DNA of 63,936 bases, counting the filler, from Olpidium bornovanus S191 (Eukaryota > Fungi > Olpidiomycota), in assembly GCA_017911155.1 (NCBI GenBank). It is 27 parts of 27 records of this genome, joined end to end, with 100 filler letters (N's around TTAATTAATTAA, not from the genome) between each part and the next. Parts side by side here need not be neighbours in the genome. Positions count along the whole stretch, not along the records: positions 46,280 to 49,610 come from JAEFCI010012455.1; positions 49,711 to 53,678 come from JAEFCI010007658.1; positions 53,779 to 56,327 come from JAEFCI010009293.1; positions 56,428 to 57,619 come from JAEFCI010006553.1; 23 more parts are not named here. The stretch is one strand, 5' to 3'. Positions within the stretch are counted from its first letter, which is position 1. Each line of letters starts with the position of its first letter. Shown piece after piece: positions 46,550 through 57,719 of the stretch. Below the pieces are notes generated by a model. It was not told the origin of the DNA, did no database searches, and worked only from the letters and a program-made list of their open reading frames with translations. The position numbers were made by a program, and so were the translations under genes.

Positions 46550-48917
46550 TTAGTTCGCGGCGGAACACGACCGCTCGAGCTTGCGGACAACCGCAAAATC
46601 TCCGTTGGAAGCCCGTGCGACGGCCGGAGGGGCCGCGAGGGCCGATACGGCGCGACCGGCGTGTTGGTCGTCGGGCTGGAGCGTTTGCTCCCCTGAGTCA
46701 CTGGACGCCGCGGAAGAGAGCGACGAATTTGGAAGAGGCGGCGAGTCGCCGCCGGCCTTCTCGGCTTCTGCGCGCAACCTGACGGAATCCATCGACTGTT
46801 TCTCCTCCTTGCCAAAACGTTTCTCTTGCTTTAACCGGGCGGCTCCCGGCCTTAGGGTCGCGAGTTCCATCCCAAAGCTTCTCCCCCCGTCGGCCGGCCG
46901 GGAAACCGTTCGATTGTGATGCTTGGGCTCGGCCGCGGCCGTGGCTCCGTTGTTTACGGTCACGACCACGGAGATGTCCATCCAGCACGGCGGCTTCTGC
47001 AGCGTCTGCCGCCTCCAGAACCAGTCCTTCGCTGACTTTTGATGCTGTGGAAACGCCGGTGATGTGGGCGACGAGGCCGCAGTTGACCGACCAGTCTCTC
47101 TCCGCGGCAGGCGGCTGGCCGCGCCATATTTCCACACCAGATACCTCACCCCAATGGCGTCTTTAACAGCAGAGTTGATGTTCTTGTCAAAGAGGAACAA
47201 GAAGGGGTTGCAGGTGCTGTTAAACAGAGCCAAAGTCGCCGCGATACCATCCAGCAGTGGGCTTGCTACGTTTTGCACGGTGCACCCCGTGGTTCCAATA
47301 AATCATTTGGTCCGGTCAGCGATTCAAACGTTTGGGAAACTGCGCTGCGGAAGCAGCTCATAAATCCAACCGCGCAAAAAGCTAAAACTCACAAGGTCGC
47401 TGAGTGAGCATCTCGAGCAGGAACATAAGGTTGTACACACCCCAGCAGGCAAAAAACGTGGAGCTGACGGTGAGAGTGACGCGGGCGATAACGTTCTCGT
47501 TGCTCAAGGCACGGCGGGTGAAAGCACCATCGGCGATTCTTCCGTTGACTCCACAAACTGGGGTCGGGGGGACGTTGAGCGTCGCACGAACGTTCTCTTT
47601 CACCCTTTGTTCAATTTCGAGCACGGCTGAGTGCGCTCCTTTACCGCCAGTGCCGTTTGGCTGGTTGTCGTCGGCTGAATGCCACGACGCTTGCCCACCC
47701 GCACCCGTCAATCGGCGAACGTTCTCGCGGACAGACTTGAAGATTTGCCGATACATAAGGGTGATCCCACAGAGGCCCGTGGTTATCACGCAAAAGCCGA
47801 GTACAGTGAACATGACGTCGTACGGATTGGCAAAGTACCAGCCGCCTGTAAACGCCGTTTCGGAAGTGTCGTAAGAACACGAAAATGGAAGCCTTGAATT
47901 CGCGATGACGCTGCTCCGACGGATTTGTATTTCACCTGAGCAGTAAATTCCAGATGACCTGAGCGGGTATGGGTGATTCACCCAGAGAAACGGCATCGCG
48001 GCGAGCACCGCAGAAAAGCACCAGTTCGCTGGAAGGAAGATCAAAAACGCTACTCCGGTGAACTCGGTGCCTTTCACCACCGTTAAATAACGTTCGTAGG
48101 TAATCGCTGTGAGAGTGAGCACGCTCTGCGAGCACAGCAACACTTGGCTGACAGCGTGCACAGTACAGCCAACCTGCATTGATCAACGGTGTCTAAATCA
48201 GTACGCAATGAGTGCCAGTCTACCCGTCCGCTCACTACGAAAACACAACGACGGTTGGCAGTTCCGAACCTGGCCAGCAGCATAATGCTGCTTAAATGCG
48301 TTGTATAGAAATATCGGGGCGTTTACCGCGCATAGTCCCAGGTCCGCAAACGTCAGGTTCGCCGCAAGGAAATACCGGACTAGTCCAAAGAAATTCTTTA
48401 GTTCAGGCGCGGCACAGGTATGCCGTAGAAGCGGCCATTAATCCAGGCATAATAAAATAAAATCGGGTTCGCCTGTAACCGCCTGTACTCAGGCGTTCGT
48501 GACGCGCTGCTGCCAACATCTCGCACCTTTTCGCAGTCCACGGTTCTTAAGTAAGATGATAAAAAGCGTGGCGTTGCAGACCGCGCCTAAGAATAGGACA
48601 ATTCCGTTGAAGTACTGTACTGACCAACCCGATTAGTACGGGTAGGCGGTAGGGAGCAAGCAAACAACGCGAAAAGGTGAGGGCGGTTGTAGCGAAAAGC
48701 GCAGGGCTGCACGGTGGTATTTCATCCGAACGGCGCGTACGCCTTTTTTCCTCTTTCCTTTTTTTTATTATTTTTTGTTTTTAGAGCCTACCGCGAGAAA
48801 CAGCTGGAACCCGCTGTACGGATGCAGGAAAGCGGAGGGACCGGCGGAGTCGTCGTTCTTCCGGAGCGTCCCTGCAAAGATCGCTGCCGTCGCGTCACCG
48901 ACCCCTGCGCTGGCCAT
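46550..48917 (-). CDS. Class A (rhodopsin-family) 7TM GPCR, opsin-like; apparently complete
   Basis: Exons 48917-48792, 48614-48527, 48379-48270, 48173 onward, and a final exon to the stop at 46550. TM1 GAVCNATL, TM2 YFLAANLTFADL, TM3 GCTVH...ITYERY, ECL2 SSGIYC, TM6 FFACWGVY, TM7 FNSTCNPFLF, long Ser-rich tail. Confidence 0.92.
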
Positions 48918-49792
48918 GGCCGCAGCTCGCGGTCGGGCCGCTGCGGGGGACACCGACGCCGTTGTTTGCCCGGCTTCGCACGTCCGCGATCGTGCACGGC
49001 CGAGCACGGGACGAGATCGAAGCGACGCCGCGCCGGCTAATACCAAAAAAAGATTTCCCACCCCAGGCGGGCGGGCGCGGCGGATGTGGATGGCGGGGGG
49101 GGGGGGTTAATCGCCACGAGCGCCGGCTATGGCGGTGCAGCGTGGTGATGAGCGAGAAGCGCGGCTCTTCGGGCCCGGTGGGGGAGAGGGGAAGAGGGAA
49201 GAAAACCAGGGACACCAGATTTTTCACAGGGATTTCACACCAGATTTGATGATGCCGGCTTTGTTTGACCCACCAGTTGCGGCTCGGTGGACCACGGATG
49301 CTGAGCCGGTGGCCGCGCAGCGGCTGGGAATTCGATGCGCCTTTGATGCCGGACTGACGCTGAGCCCAACCGCCAGATTGCTGGCGGCAGTCGCGACCGT
49401 GGATCTGCCTGCGACCGGAAATGCGACGCCAGGCGAGAACGACTGGGTTCTGTTTGGGGTTGTCCCGTCAGACGCTGCCGCTTTGATGCTCCGTTTTCGT
49501 ATGCGCTTGTGTGTATGTTGTTGGGCAACGCTTGGCAACAGTCGAAGGCAAATGAAAAGGGGAGGAGGCACAGACAGAAGTGGGGCAACTGGAAAATTCG
49601 GAAACTCATGNNNNNNNNNNNNNNNNNNNNNNNNNNNNNNNNNNNNNNNNNNNNTTAATTAATTAANNNNNNNNNNNNNNNNNNNNNNNNNNNNNNNNNN
49701 NNNNNNNNNNCTCCTGAGGTTTTGGCCGCTGCGGTTTGAGAAACCCGTGGCAGCGATGGGGAAGGGGGGAGGTCTCCGTAGTCGGACACACA

Positions 49793-49835
<43 letters not shown>

Positions 49836-50175
49836 GGGGGGCTGCTGCTGCTGCTTCTGCTGCCGCGCCGGCCACAACGCCCGCAAGCCGGCTTGCCGCC
49901 AAAAGGGAAAAACGCCGCCAAAAAAAGAGGCGGGACCGCAGCCACCCGTAACCGGAATACCCAAGCCGCGGGTCTCAAGAAACACGTCCGCTCGCCGGAC
50001 GCCAGCCTTCTGAGAAGCGGGGAGGGGCGGCGGGCCGGGGAAGAGGAGGAGTGGAAGGGGAGGGGGGTGACGAGGAGAGAGAGGTCCGGCGTCCCTGCGA
50101 CCAAGAAAAAGAAAAAAAAAAACAAGAAAGCGGATACCAGCACACCCCTTGTCGGGGTTCCCGCTGACCGCGGCC

Positions 50176-52258
50176 ATGTTGACTCATGTCCTCTTCGAGA
50201 CCGCCTCTGGGTACGCTCTGTTCGAGCGGCAGCAGTCCGAGGAAATCGGTCAGAAGACCGACCAGGTGCAGGCCTCTGTGCAGGACCTGGGGAAGTTCGG
50301 GCAGACAGTCAAGCTCAAGTCCTTCGTGCCGTTTAAGAGCGCGGCGCACGCCCTCGAGAACGCCAACGACATATCAGAAGGTTTGGCCGGGTGAAAAACT
50401 GCGTCTCGGATGGAGTGCACCGTCGCGCTTGTTGTGTCTGTGTAGTCTTCTTCTATTTGACGGAACCCGCTGCGACGGCACTGCCTGCGAGGAGTCCCCC
50501 GCCAGCGGCCTTCCAGGCATCGTTTTTGACCGTGCGCCTCTCGGCCCTCGCCATTCTTCCCAGGCGTCTGCAACGAGACCCTCAAGTCGTTTTTGGAACT
50601 GGCCTTACCCAAGCCTGGGAAGAAGTCTGCCGGCGTAGTCCTCGGCGTCTCCGAGAAGATCTTGGCCGGGGCGATCAAAGCTGAGACGGGCTACGAGTGC
50701 GAGTCGTCGGAGCTGGTCAGCGAAGTAATCCGCGGCGTCCGCCAGCACGCCGACAAGCTGCTCCGGCAGTTGAAGCACGGCGACCTCGAGCGCGCCCAGC
50801 TCGGCCTGGGGCACTCGTACTCCAGGTGCAAGGTCAAGTTTAACGTGCACAGGTCTGACAATATGATCATCCAGTCCATCGCGCTCCTTGACCAAATGGA
50901 CAAGGATATCAACACATTCTCAATGCGGGTCCGGTGAGTGCTACTGGATGGGTAATGCGCTGAACAGCGGTACGGTCCATCGCAGCGGACCAGATACGCC
51001 AAATGAACAACGGACAGTGCTGGTGTACTTACGGAAGTTGTCAAATTCCGTTAGGGAATGGTATTCGTGGCACTTCCCAGAACTCTCAAAGATTATCACG
51101 GACAACGCGACGTTTGCGAAGCTGGCGAAGTTCATCAAAAATAAGTCGAGGTTGACGGAGGCAGATCTTCCGCAACTTCAGGAGCTGGCCAACGACGACG
51201 ACTTGAAGGCGCGGCAGATTCTGGACGCGGCGCGCATATCTATGGGGACGGACATTTCCGAAATCGATATGCTAAACATCGAGAGCTTTGCTGAGCGCGT
51301 CGTTTCCCTTGCTGAGTACCGGAAGGAACTTTTCGACTATCTTGTCAGCAAGATGCACTCGGTCGCGCCTAACCTCTCCACGCTCATCGGCGACGTGGTT
51401 GGCGCGCGGTTGATCTCCCATGCTGGTTCTCTAACAAACCTGTCGAAATACCCGGCATCTACTCTCCAAATATTGGGTGCGGAGAAGGCACTGTTCAGGT
51501 CCGACTCCTGCCGAGTATCGTAGCGCGATTCGTCAACCCTTTCGCAACCGCGGTCGCGCCTTCCTAACGCGTCTGCGTTTTCCAATTTCATCAGGGCCCT
51601 GAAGACGAAGGGAAACACACCCAAGTACGGCCTGCTTTATCACTCCTCGTTCATCGGGCGGGCGGGGATCAAGAACAAAGGCCGCATTTCTCGGTTTGTC
51701 GCGAACAAGTGCTCGATCGCATCGCGTATCGATTGCTTCTCCGATAATCCAACCACGAAGTTCGGCGACGCCCTCAAGCAGCAGGTCGAGGAGCGGCTAA
51801 AGTTCTTTGAGACGGGCGCTGCTCCGGGCAAGAACGTCGATGCCATGCGGCGGGTTCTTGACGACCTCGCGCGGGATGAACAAAGTAGCGACGAAGAGAT
51901 GGAAGACGCGGAGAAGGCGGAGGCGAAAAAGGTACAAATCATCGTCACGAGTTTTCTTTTCCGTTTTTTCACGCTTCGAGAGTGGGAGGCGGCCGTTGCG
52001 ATCGACAGACCAATAATGTCTGTTCCCTCTCTTTCACCTCAAAAGAAAAAGGAGAAGGAGAAGGAGAAGAAGGAGAAAAAGGAGAAAAAGGAGAAAAAGG
52101 AGAAAAAGGAGAAAAAGGAGAAGATGGAGAAGAAAGAGAAAAAATCGAAGAAGAGCGATGGTGAGGCTGAAGAGGAGAAGAGGAAAGAGGCGAATGCCAA
52201 GAAGGAGAAGAGGAAGGAGGTTGGGGCTGAGCCCAAAAGTAAGAAAATGAAAATTTAA
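50176..52258 (+). CDS. NOP56: Nucleolar protein 56 (box C/D snoRNP core); complete
   Basis: [76 protein letters not shown]-repeat tail. Confidence 0.97.
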
Positions 52259-53520
52259 CCACCCTGGGACGTATCGCTGCCCGCGCGATCTTGCTCGTTT
52301 GCTCCCGATTGTTGTTTGCCGAACGACCGCGCGGGTTGGGCGCAAACCTACCGCAGGAGCGCCACGGGGTTGGGTTGCAGGCTTCTGTAAAAATCGCTTC
52401 CTGCCATTCATCGGGACATCTGCGCCACCGTGCTGCCGGCTGCGACGTTTCCCGCCGTTCACGAGGACGTCGTTGTGTGTTGGTTGCCCGGTGCCGTGGA
52501 ATGCTGATCGCGAACGCGGTACCGTTTCCTTGTTGTTATTCTCGTGAGAGCGGTGCCGTGATCCCACGATTTCCCGGAAGAAGCACGTAACTTGTCGCTG
52601 CCCGCGATCACGTCCTTGCATCGTCTCCACTGTGAGGAGTGTTTGATTTCGCTGTTTTGCGGTCCTCCCCAGTTACCGAATTTGCCTGGGGGTGGGGTTG
52701 GGGGAGGGGGAGTGGGGAGTGGGGGGACAGGTGTAGAAGGTCAGGATTGCGGCGATGGAGGGAAGGGCAAGTCGGAATTCCACAAACCCACTGGGCTAGC
52801 TTTTGCGGCGTTCCCCCCCAAGGCGTCCCACGCAGCGGGTTTTTCCAAACCCGTGCAGCGCCGTCGCCAACTTCGAGCAGGGATGCGGATATACCCCTCA
52901 AACGGGCGGAGGCAGGCCCGGATCCTCCGTTAGCGGCCGGACGCCTTTCATGTTTGGCACAACAGTAAGAGTTCAACGTTGGGGGAAGGGGAGGAGGGGG
53001 GACGGTGGGCGTTTTACGCGGTGCGATAGGAAGTTTTGGAGCGCCGTCATGTATGGGTAAGAGGGGGGAGGCTTGACGCGCGCCGGCAGCCGCCGTGGCG
53101 GGGGGGTCAGATTTCTCAGAGGATTGACCCAAGTTGCTGCACGCGCGTAATTTACATGAAGGATACACCCAACCGCCTGCCATAACTCCTCCCCCACGGC
53201 TTCCAACCTTTCTGCGGGAAGCGTTGGGGGGGGGGGCATTTCCCAGACCTTCTGCATCTGGTAAATCTGCCGAGGTTTCAAATCACACTCCCGGGGACGC
53301 AAAGTTTTTTTTTTTTTTCCTTAAATTTTTCCATTTTTTGCTTTTGGTATGGAACAGTCCATGTAAACGCGTCCGCTCCGCGGGCTCGAACGGGGGCGAA
53401 CGTGGTTCGTTCCGTGCTCGGGAGCCACGCCAGCACGTGTCCTGATTTTTTTTTTTTGTTTATTCCGTTTGTTTCATTCCGCCCGGTGTTAGCAGACGGG
53501 CGTGGCGGTGGCGGCGCGAA

Positions 53521-53555
<35 letters not shown>

Positions 53556-54950
53556 GGGGGGGGGGATTCATCCAAAAAAAAAAAAAAAAACCGCACAAGC
53601 TCCGCCCTCTGTCCCACCCCCTCTCTTCCGCCCGCCCAGTAGCCCACGCGCACGCGCGTCGCCCGTGCGTTCCGGTGANNNNNNNNNNNNNNNNNNNNNN
53701 NNNNNNNNNNNNNNNNNNNNNNTTAATTAATTAANNNNNNNNNNNNNNNNNNNNNNNNNNNNNNNNNNNNNNNNNNNNATTTTTCCCGGCTGGCGGCGGT
53801 TTTCCGGGAGCTTGCCGTTCCCCAGGGTCAAGGGCCGGTGCTCTCGCTCTCCCCGCCCCGGCCGGATGCCGCCACAGCGCGCTCCCGCCCCCGCACCTCA
53901 CGTAGGATCCGCCTCCCCAAGGTTTGTCAGATAGGACCCGCTTCCTCCCACCCCCGCACACCTCCCCACACACCCCCGCACACCCCCGCACACCTCTTCC
54001 CATCCTCATCCCTCACATCACTCCTATCCCCTCACTCCGCTCCCCTCTACTCTCCCAAACACGCTCCCCTTTCTTCTTCCATCCTCACTCTCATCCGTCT
54101 CAACCCTCCTCTCGCCATCCCTTCGCCTCCACGAACACCAACGTACTTATATGCTTATATAGCGGCCCTTCCTTCCAAACGATGCCAACTTGATTTTTGT
54201 TTTTTTTTTTATCATATTCAAAACCCAAAAAAAATCAAATAGCCCTCTTACACCACCTCAAAAAAATCCCAATCCCAAATTAACCAAATTATAACACCCC
54301 TATTGGATTGCATTCTTTTTCACCCATCCCAAATACAGCAACGCAACATTTTGATATAATTATATCAACCTTGAACACAAATAATTTCCCAACTACTTTT
54401 TACCGAACAACAACTGTACAATTCAATTTGTTTTTTTTGGCTTGCATCAATGATCAGTTTGGGTGCTGCTTAGGGGTGTCGTGGGTACAGCTGTCTTTGC
54501 AAACGGGCGGGGTTAAGGGGTCAGGGATTAGGGTAGATAAAGTGCGGTGAAGGAGGCGCAACAAAAAACGTATTAGATTTTGGCAGGAGGGTCCTTTCTT
54601 TCTGCCCTTGATGACCATTGGAGAGTCATTGCGTGAACGCACATTTCAAACATCTCCCCCCCCCCTGCACCGGCTCAGAAAGCTCTGCCGCCTCTCGTCC
54701 GCCTCAAAGCCTGGCATCCCATATCGCAGGGATTTTTTTTTGTTTAAACCCACGCACCCTCGAAAACACCGGACCTAACGCGGCGGACGTCTTTTTCGAT
54801 TGACGACGCCGCCCTGCGTTGTTTTCGTCGGGTTTGACCTCGACGGGACCATCAATCACCGCGATGTTTAGGCGCGGGGGCATGATTTTTTACCCGTTGA
54901 AGCTTACCTGCGGATGAAAAATTCTTCCTCTCGCCGCAGGGTTCTTTACA

Positions 54951-55220
54951 AAGTTGCAAATGGACGGCGCCCCACCCTCCTGCCGTCGACGGAAAGACGG
55001 GATGTGTGCAGGAGCCGCAGCGCGCGCTGCAGGAAGCGCGATGACGGTTTCCGGCAGCCTTTAACGAAAGATTGGGATTCCGCGGCAGGGTCTCTAAACG
55101 CATTTTGGTGCAGAGCAGCCTTGGGTTTCTCGCTCTCGCGACCGCAAAGCGTTCTTTCGAAACGGGAAATCGCGGTCAATTTGCACGCCGTCTCATCGCA
55201 CCGACGTCGTGTGGCCGCCC
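54951..55220 (+). repeat. Dispersed ~280-bp repeat, copy B
   Basis: Homologous to the reverse complement of 7512-7791, with substitutions and indels. Confidence 0.9.
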
Positions 55221-56427
55221 CTCAATTTCCCCCCCCCCCGACATCGCGTGCACCCGCCCTGATAACGCTGCACAAAATTAGCACAAGCGTGATTCTGAAT
55301 GGAGGAACTCCCCCTCCACTTTTGAGGCGAAAGGGCCCAATGATCTTGCGCAATTAGCTGCGCATTCACCGAAAATCTACAATGTCGCCAACAGGATACA
55401 TTGCAGAAGCTGCACGTCAAAGGCCCTTTGTCGGGAAGGAAGGTTCACTGGCCATAACCCCCTGCCCTCTGCTCCCTTGGCCGACCCGTCGATGCCGCGG
55501 ACCTCCCGAGGAGGTTCAGCGCAGCGGGATTTCAAGATCACGATGATCCGTGGCCCCTCAGAATATGACAAACGTCTCCCCCCTCCATGTCCGCGCCGCC
55601 TTCCGGGCACGCCTTACTCCAATGCTCCGCCGCGGCGTGCGCCAAATCGGAGCTCGGACCCTCCTGTTCAACCCCCCGCGAATCGAAACTCGGCCACACC
55701 TGCAACGAGCCGCAAAAACCCCTCCTTTTCACCCTGCTTGACCTTCGCCGTTTTCCTTCACTCGCAAATAACCCACGCAGATTTCCCTCACCCTATCCAA
55801 CGGTAACTTATCTGCCTTCACACTCTCCCCCCCATCCCCCCCTCTCCAACAACCATCCCACCCAACCCGCCGCGGTAAGACAGCCCTCCCCCCCCCAAAT
55901 AACCGCCACGCCGGCCCGCAGATTCTCCGCCGTGCCGCGGCAAACTCGACCATTCTCATCCTCACCCGACAAAGAGTGCTCGAATTGTTAAGTCAGTTGA
56001 TTGCTTTAAGATAAAACACATTGCATTGTACATTTGAGTGTGTAGTTAGAGTGAGGTTTCAAAATTCAAATTTGATTAATACAATTTAAAAACTGGTGCA
56101 ATTTGAGTTAAATTGTGAAGTGGGAGTGCATTTGTGTTTCGGGAAAGGAACGATGGCGTGGAGTTGCAATGGAATCAAAAGCGAGGAGGCGGGGGAGGGG
56201 GAAACATCGGACCTCCGCTCCGAGGAGCCTCGGCTGCCTACGTGCCCGGTTGCCCGGGATCAGAGGGCTCGTAGTTCCATTATATTAATAAAGGTAAAAA
56301 AAAAAACTAAAGGAAGGTGAGGGCCGANNNNNNNNNNNNNNNNNNNNNNNNNNNNNNNNNNNNNNNNNNNNTTAATTAATTAANNNNNNNNNNNNNNNNN
56401 NNNNNNNNNNNNNNNNNNNNNNNNNNN

Positions 56428-56640
56428 CGTCCCGTGTACGACGGCGTTGCCGAAGAACCAGAGGAGGTTATCCTCCAGGGGCCAGTACACGTCGTACTCG
56501 GGAAGTACGAACTCCCCGCCCGAAATGGGGCCGCCGCGCTCCATGCGCAGCGCGCCGCCGACTATCTCAAGGGCTTGCAGCCCAACGCGCAAGCCGCCGA
56601 GGAAGTGGAGGAGGAGGAACGGGAGAGCGCCGCAGCCTGA
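56428..56640 (+). CDS. C-terminus of a bacterial hypothetical protein with an acidic tail
   Basis: Open frame ending AEEVEEEERESAAA*, followed 22 nt later by an intrinsic terminator. The antisense frame is also open, so the strand is not certain. Confidence 0.5.
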   Translation, partial: RPVYDGVAEEPEEVILQGPVHVVLGKYELPARNGAAALHAQRAADYLKGLQPNAQAAEEVEEEERESAAA

Positions 56641-56662
56641 AGCAGCGCCGCAAAGGCCAAGG

Positions 56663-56693
56663 GACGGGAGCGGACGCGCTCCCGTCTTTTTTT
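56663..56693 (+). terminator. Rho-independent terminator
   Basis: Perfect 10-bp stem GACGGGAGCG-gacg-CGCTCCCGTC followed by T7. Confidence 0.85.
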
Positions 56694-56733
56694 GTGCGCA
56701 GGTGCTCAAGTATTTGCCCGCGCTTTGCAGTCG

Positions 56734-56787
56734 CTGGGGCTGTCCGCCCCAGGCCCCGACGAGGGGTTATAAACCCCTGCGACCCCG
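56734..56787. repeat. REP-like double-hairpin element
   Basis: CTGGGGC-tgtcc-GCCCCAG and AGGGGTT-ata-AACCCCT, each followed by a CCCCG tail. Confidence 0.6.
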
Positions 56788-56828
56788 CTGGTTTCAAGAC
56801 CAAGGCCCGCCCACCGCCCCCAAACAAT

Positions 56829-57065
56829 TCAAGAAGGCAATTCGAGATGATCGAAGGCCCGCTCACGCGGTTGCGGCACTTCTCTTGCTTTGGCCTGACA
56901 CATCCAGCAGGCGCAAGGACGGCAATGCGTCGATGCATTCAAGCCGACCTGGCGCGGATCAGGCTCCTGAACATGCCGTCCGAACCACTGACGCATCACC
57001 CGGCGCGCCCGCGCCTTCATGCGCTCGTCCTGAGCTCTGCGAAATGCGCGTGAATTGGAAGCCAT
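56829..57065 (-). CDS. Small basic bacterial/phage-type protein with a CxxCxCxMC motif (78 aa)
   Basis: MASNSRAFRRAQDERMKARARR...THCRPCACWMCQ, intronless, with TATAAT 6 nt upstream of the ATG. Confidence 0.75.
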   Translation of the reverse strand: MASNSRAFRRAQDERMKARARRVMRQWFGRHVQEPDPRQVGLNASTHCRPCACWMCQAKAREVPQPRERAFDHLELPS

Positions 57066-57159
57066 GAACCTATTATAGCGAATTCGCTAATGTTAGCGAA
57101 ACTGACTGTCAAGCCTTTGTTTTCAGCAGCGGCCCGACTTGGGAAGGTATGATTTTCCT
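57066..57159. promoter_or_regulatory. Divergent leaderless-type promoters with overlapping palindromic operator sites
   Basis: Minus strand TATAAT-N6-ATG; plus strand TATGAT-N6-ATG; palindromes at 57076-57089 and 57083-57100. Confidence 0.7.
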
Positions 57160-57393
57160 ATGCCGGAAGAAAGCAAAGCAGATGATGTCGAGAAGCTCCT
57201 TGCCGAGGAGAAGGCGGTCGAGGAGCGCAAGAAGCGCCTCATCGCCGACCTCCTGAAGCAGCGCGAAGCCACGCTCAAGGACTATGACGACAGGCTTGCG
57301 AAGCTGGGCTATCACGCACCAGCAGGCAAATCTAAACGGAACCACCATAAGCAGGCAGCAGTAACAACGTCCCCGGCAAAAGTGAAGGCCTAG
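57160..57393 (+). CDS. Small bacterial coiled-coil protein with a basic tail (77 aa)
   Basis: MPEESKADDVEKLLAEEKAVEERKKRLIADLLKQREATLKDYDDRLAKLGY...; intronless with clean codon usage. Confidence 0.8.
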   Translation: MPEESKADDVEKLLAEEKAVEERKKRLIADLLKQREATLKDYDDRLAKLGYHAPAGKSKRNHHKQAAVTTSPAKVKA

Positions 57394-57444
57394 CAAATCA
57401 TCCGCATCCGCGATCCCCTCTTGCAGGCGCGCCGCCGAGTCTGC

Positions 57445-57619
57445 ATGATGGGCATGATGGCAGACAAGTACAGAACATTTTCGGAGCTTACCGGCGAGGA
57501 AACTGCGGGGGAAGACTTTCTCGTGCGCGTGCGGGAATGTCAGGATACCGTCGCTGTCATCGCCCCCCACGGTGGCGGTATAGAGCCGGGCACTTCCGAA
57601 CTTGCCGAAGCCATCGCAG
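57445..57619 (+). CDS. Poly-gamma-glutamate hydrolase family protein (PghP/DUF867-type), N-terminus
   Basis: DKYRTFSEL...DFLVRV...VAVIAPHGGGIEPGTSELAEAIA, the family's conserved N-terminal motif. Confidence 0.9.
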
Positions 57620-57719
57620 NNNNNNNNNNNNNNNNNNNNNNNNNNNNNNNNNNNNNNNNNNNNTTAATTAATTAANNNNNNNNNNNNNNNNNNNNNNNNN
57701 NNNNNNNNNNNNNNNNNNN

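Noticed and set aside
50380-51600. Intronic box C/D snoRNAs in NOP56
   Set aside because: No RTGATGA box C paired with a terminal CTGA and stem was found in the introns.
52040-52200. AAGGAGAAA tandem repeat
   Set aside because: It encodes the expected KKE/D tail of NOP56.
56428-56640. Antisense frame GGEFVLPEYDVYWPLEDNLLWFFGNAVVHGT resembling the C-terminal half of a 2OG-Fe(II)/TET-JBP dioxygenase
   Set aside because: No HxD upstream (HFL instead). The plus frame ends in a stop followed by a correctly oriented terminator within a coherent bacterial layout. Not fully excluded, since GC3 is higher on the minus frame; an HMM search would settle it.
57062-57067. Fungal-bacterial chimeric junction at the internal CATG
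   Set aside because: Sequence on both sides looks bacterial, and this CATG is the start codon of the minus-strand small gene.
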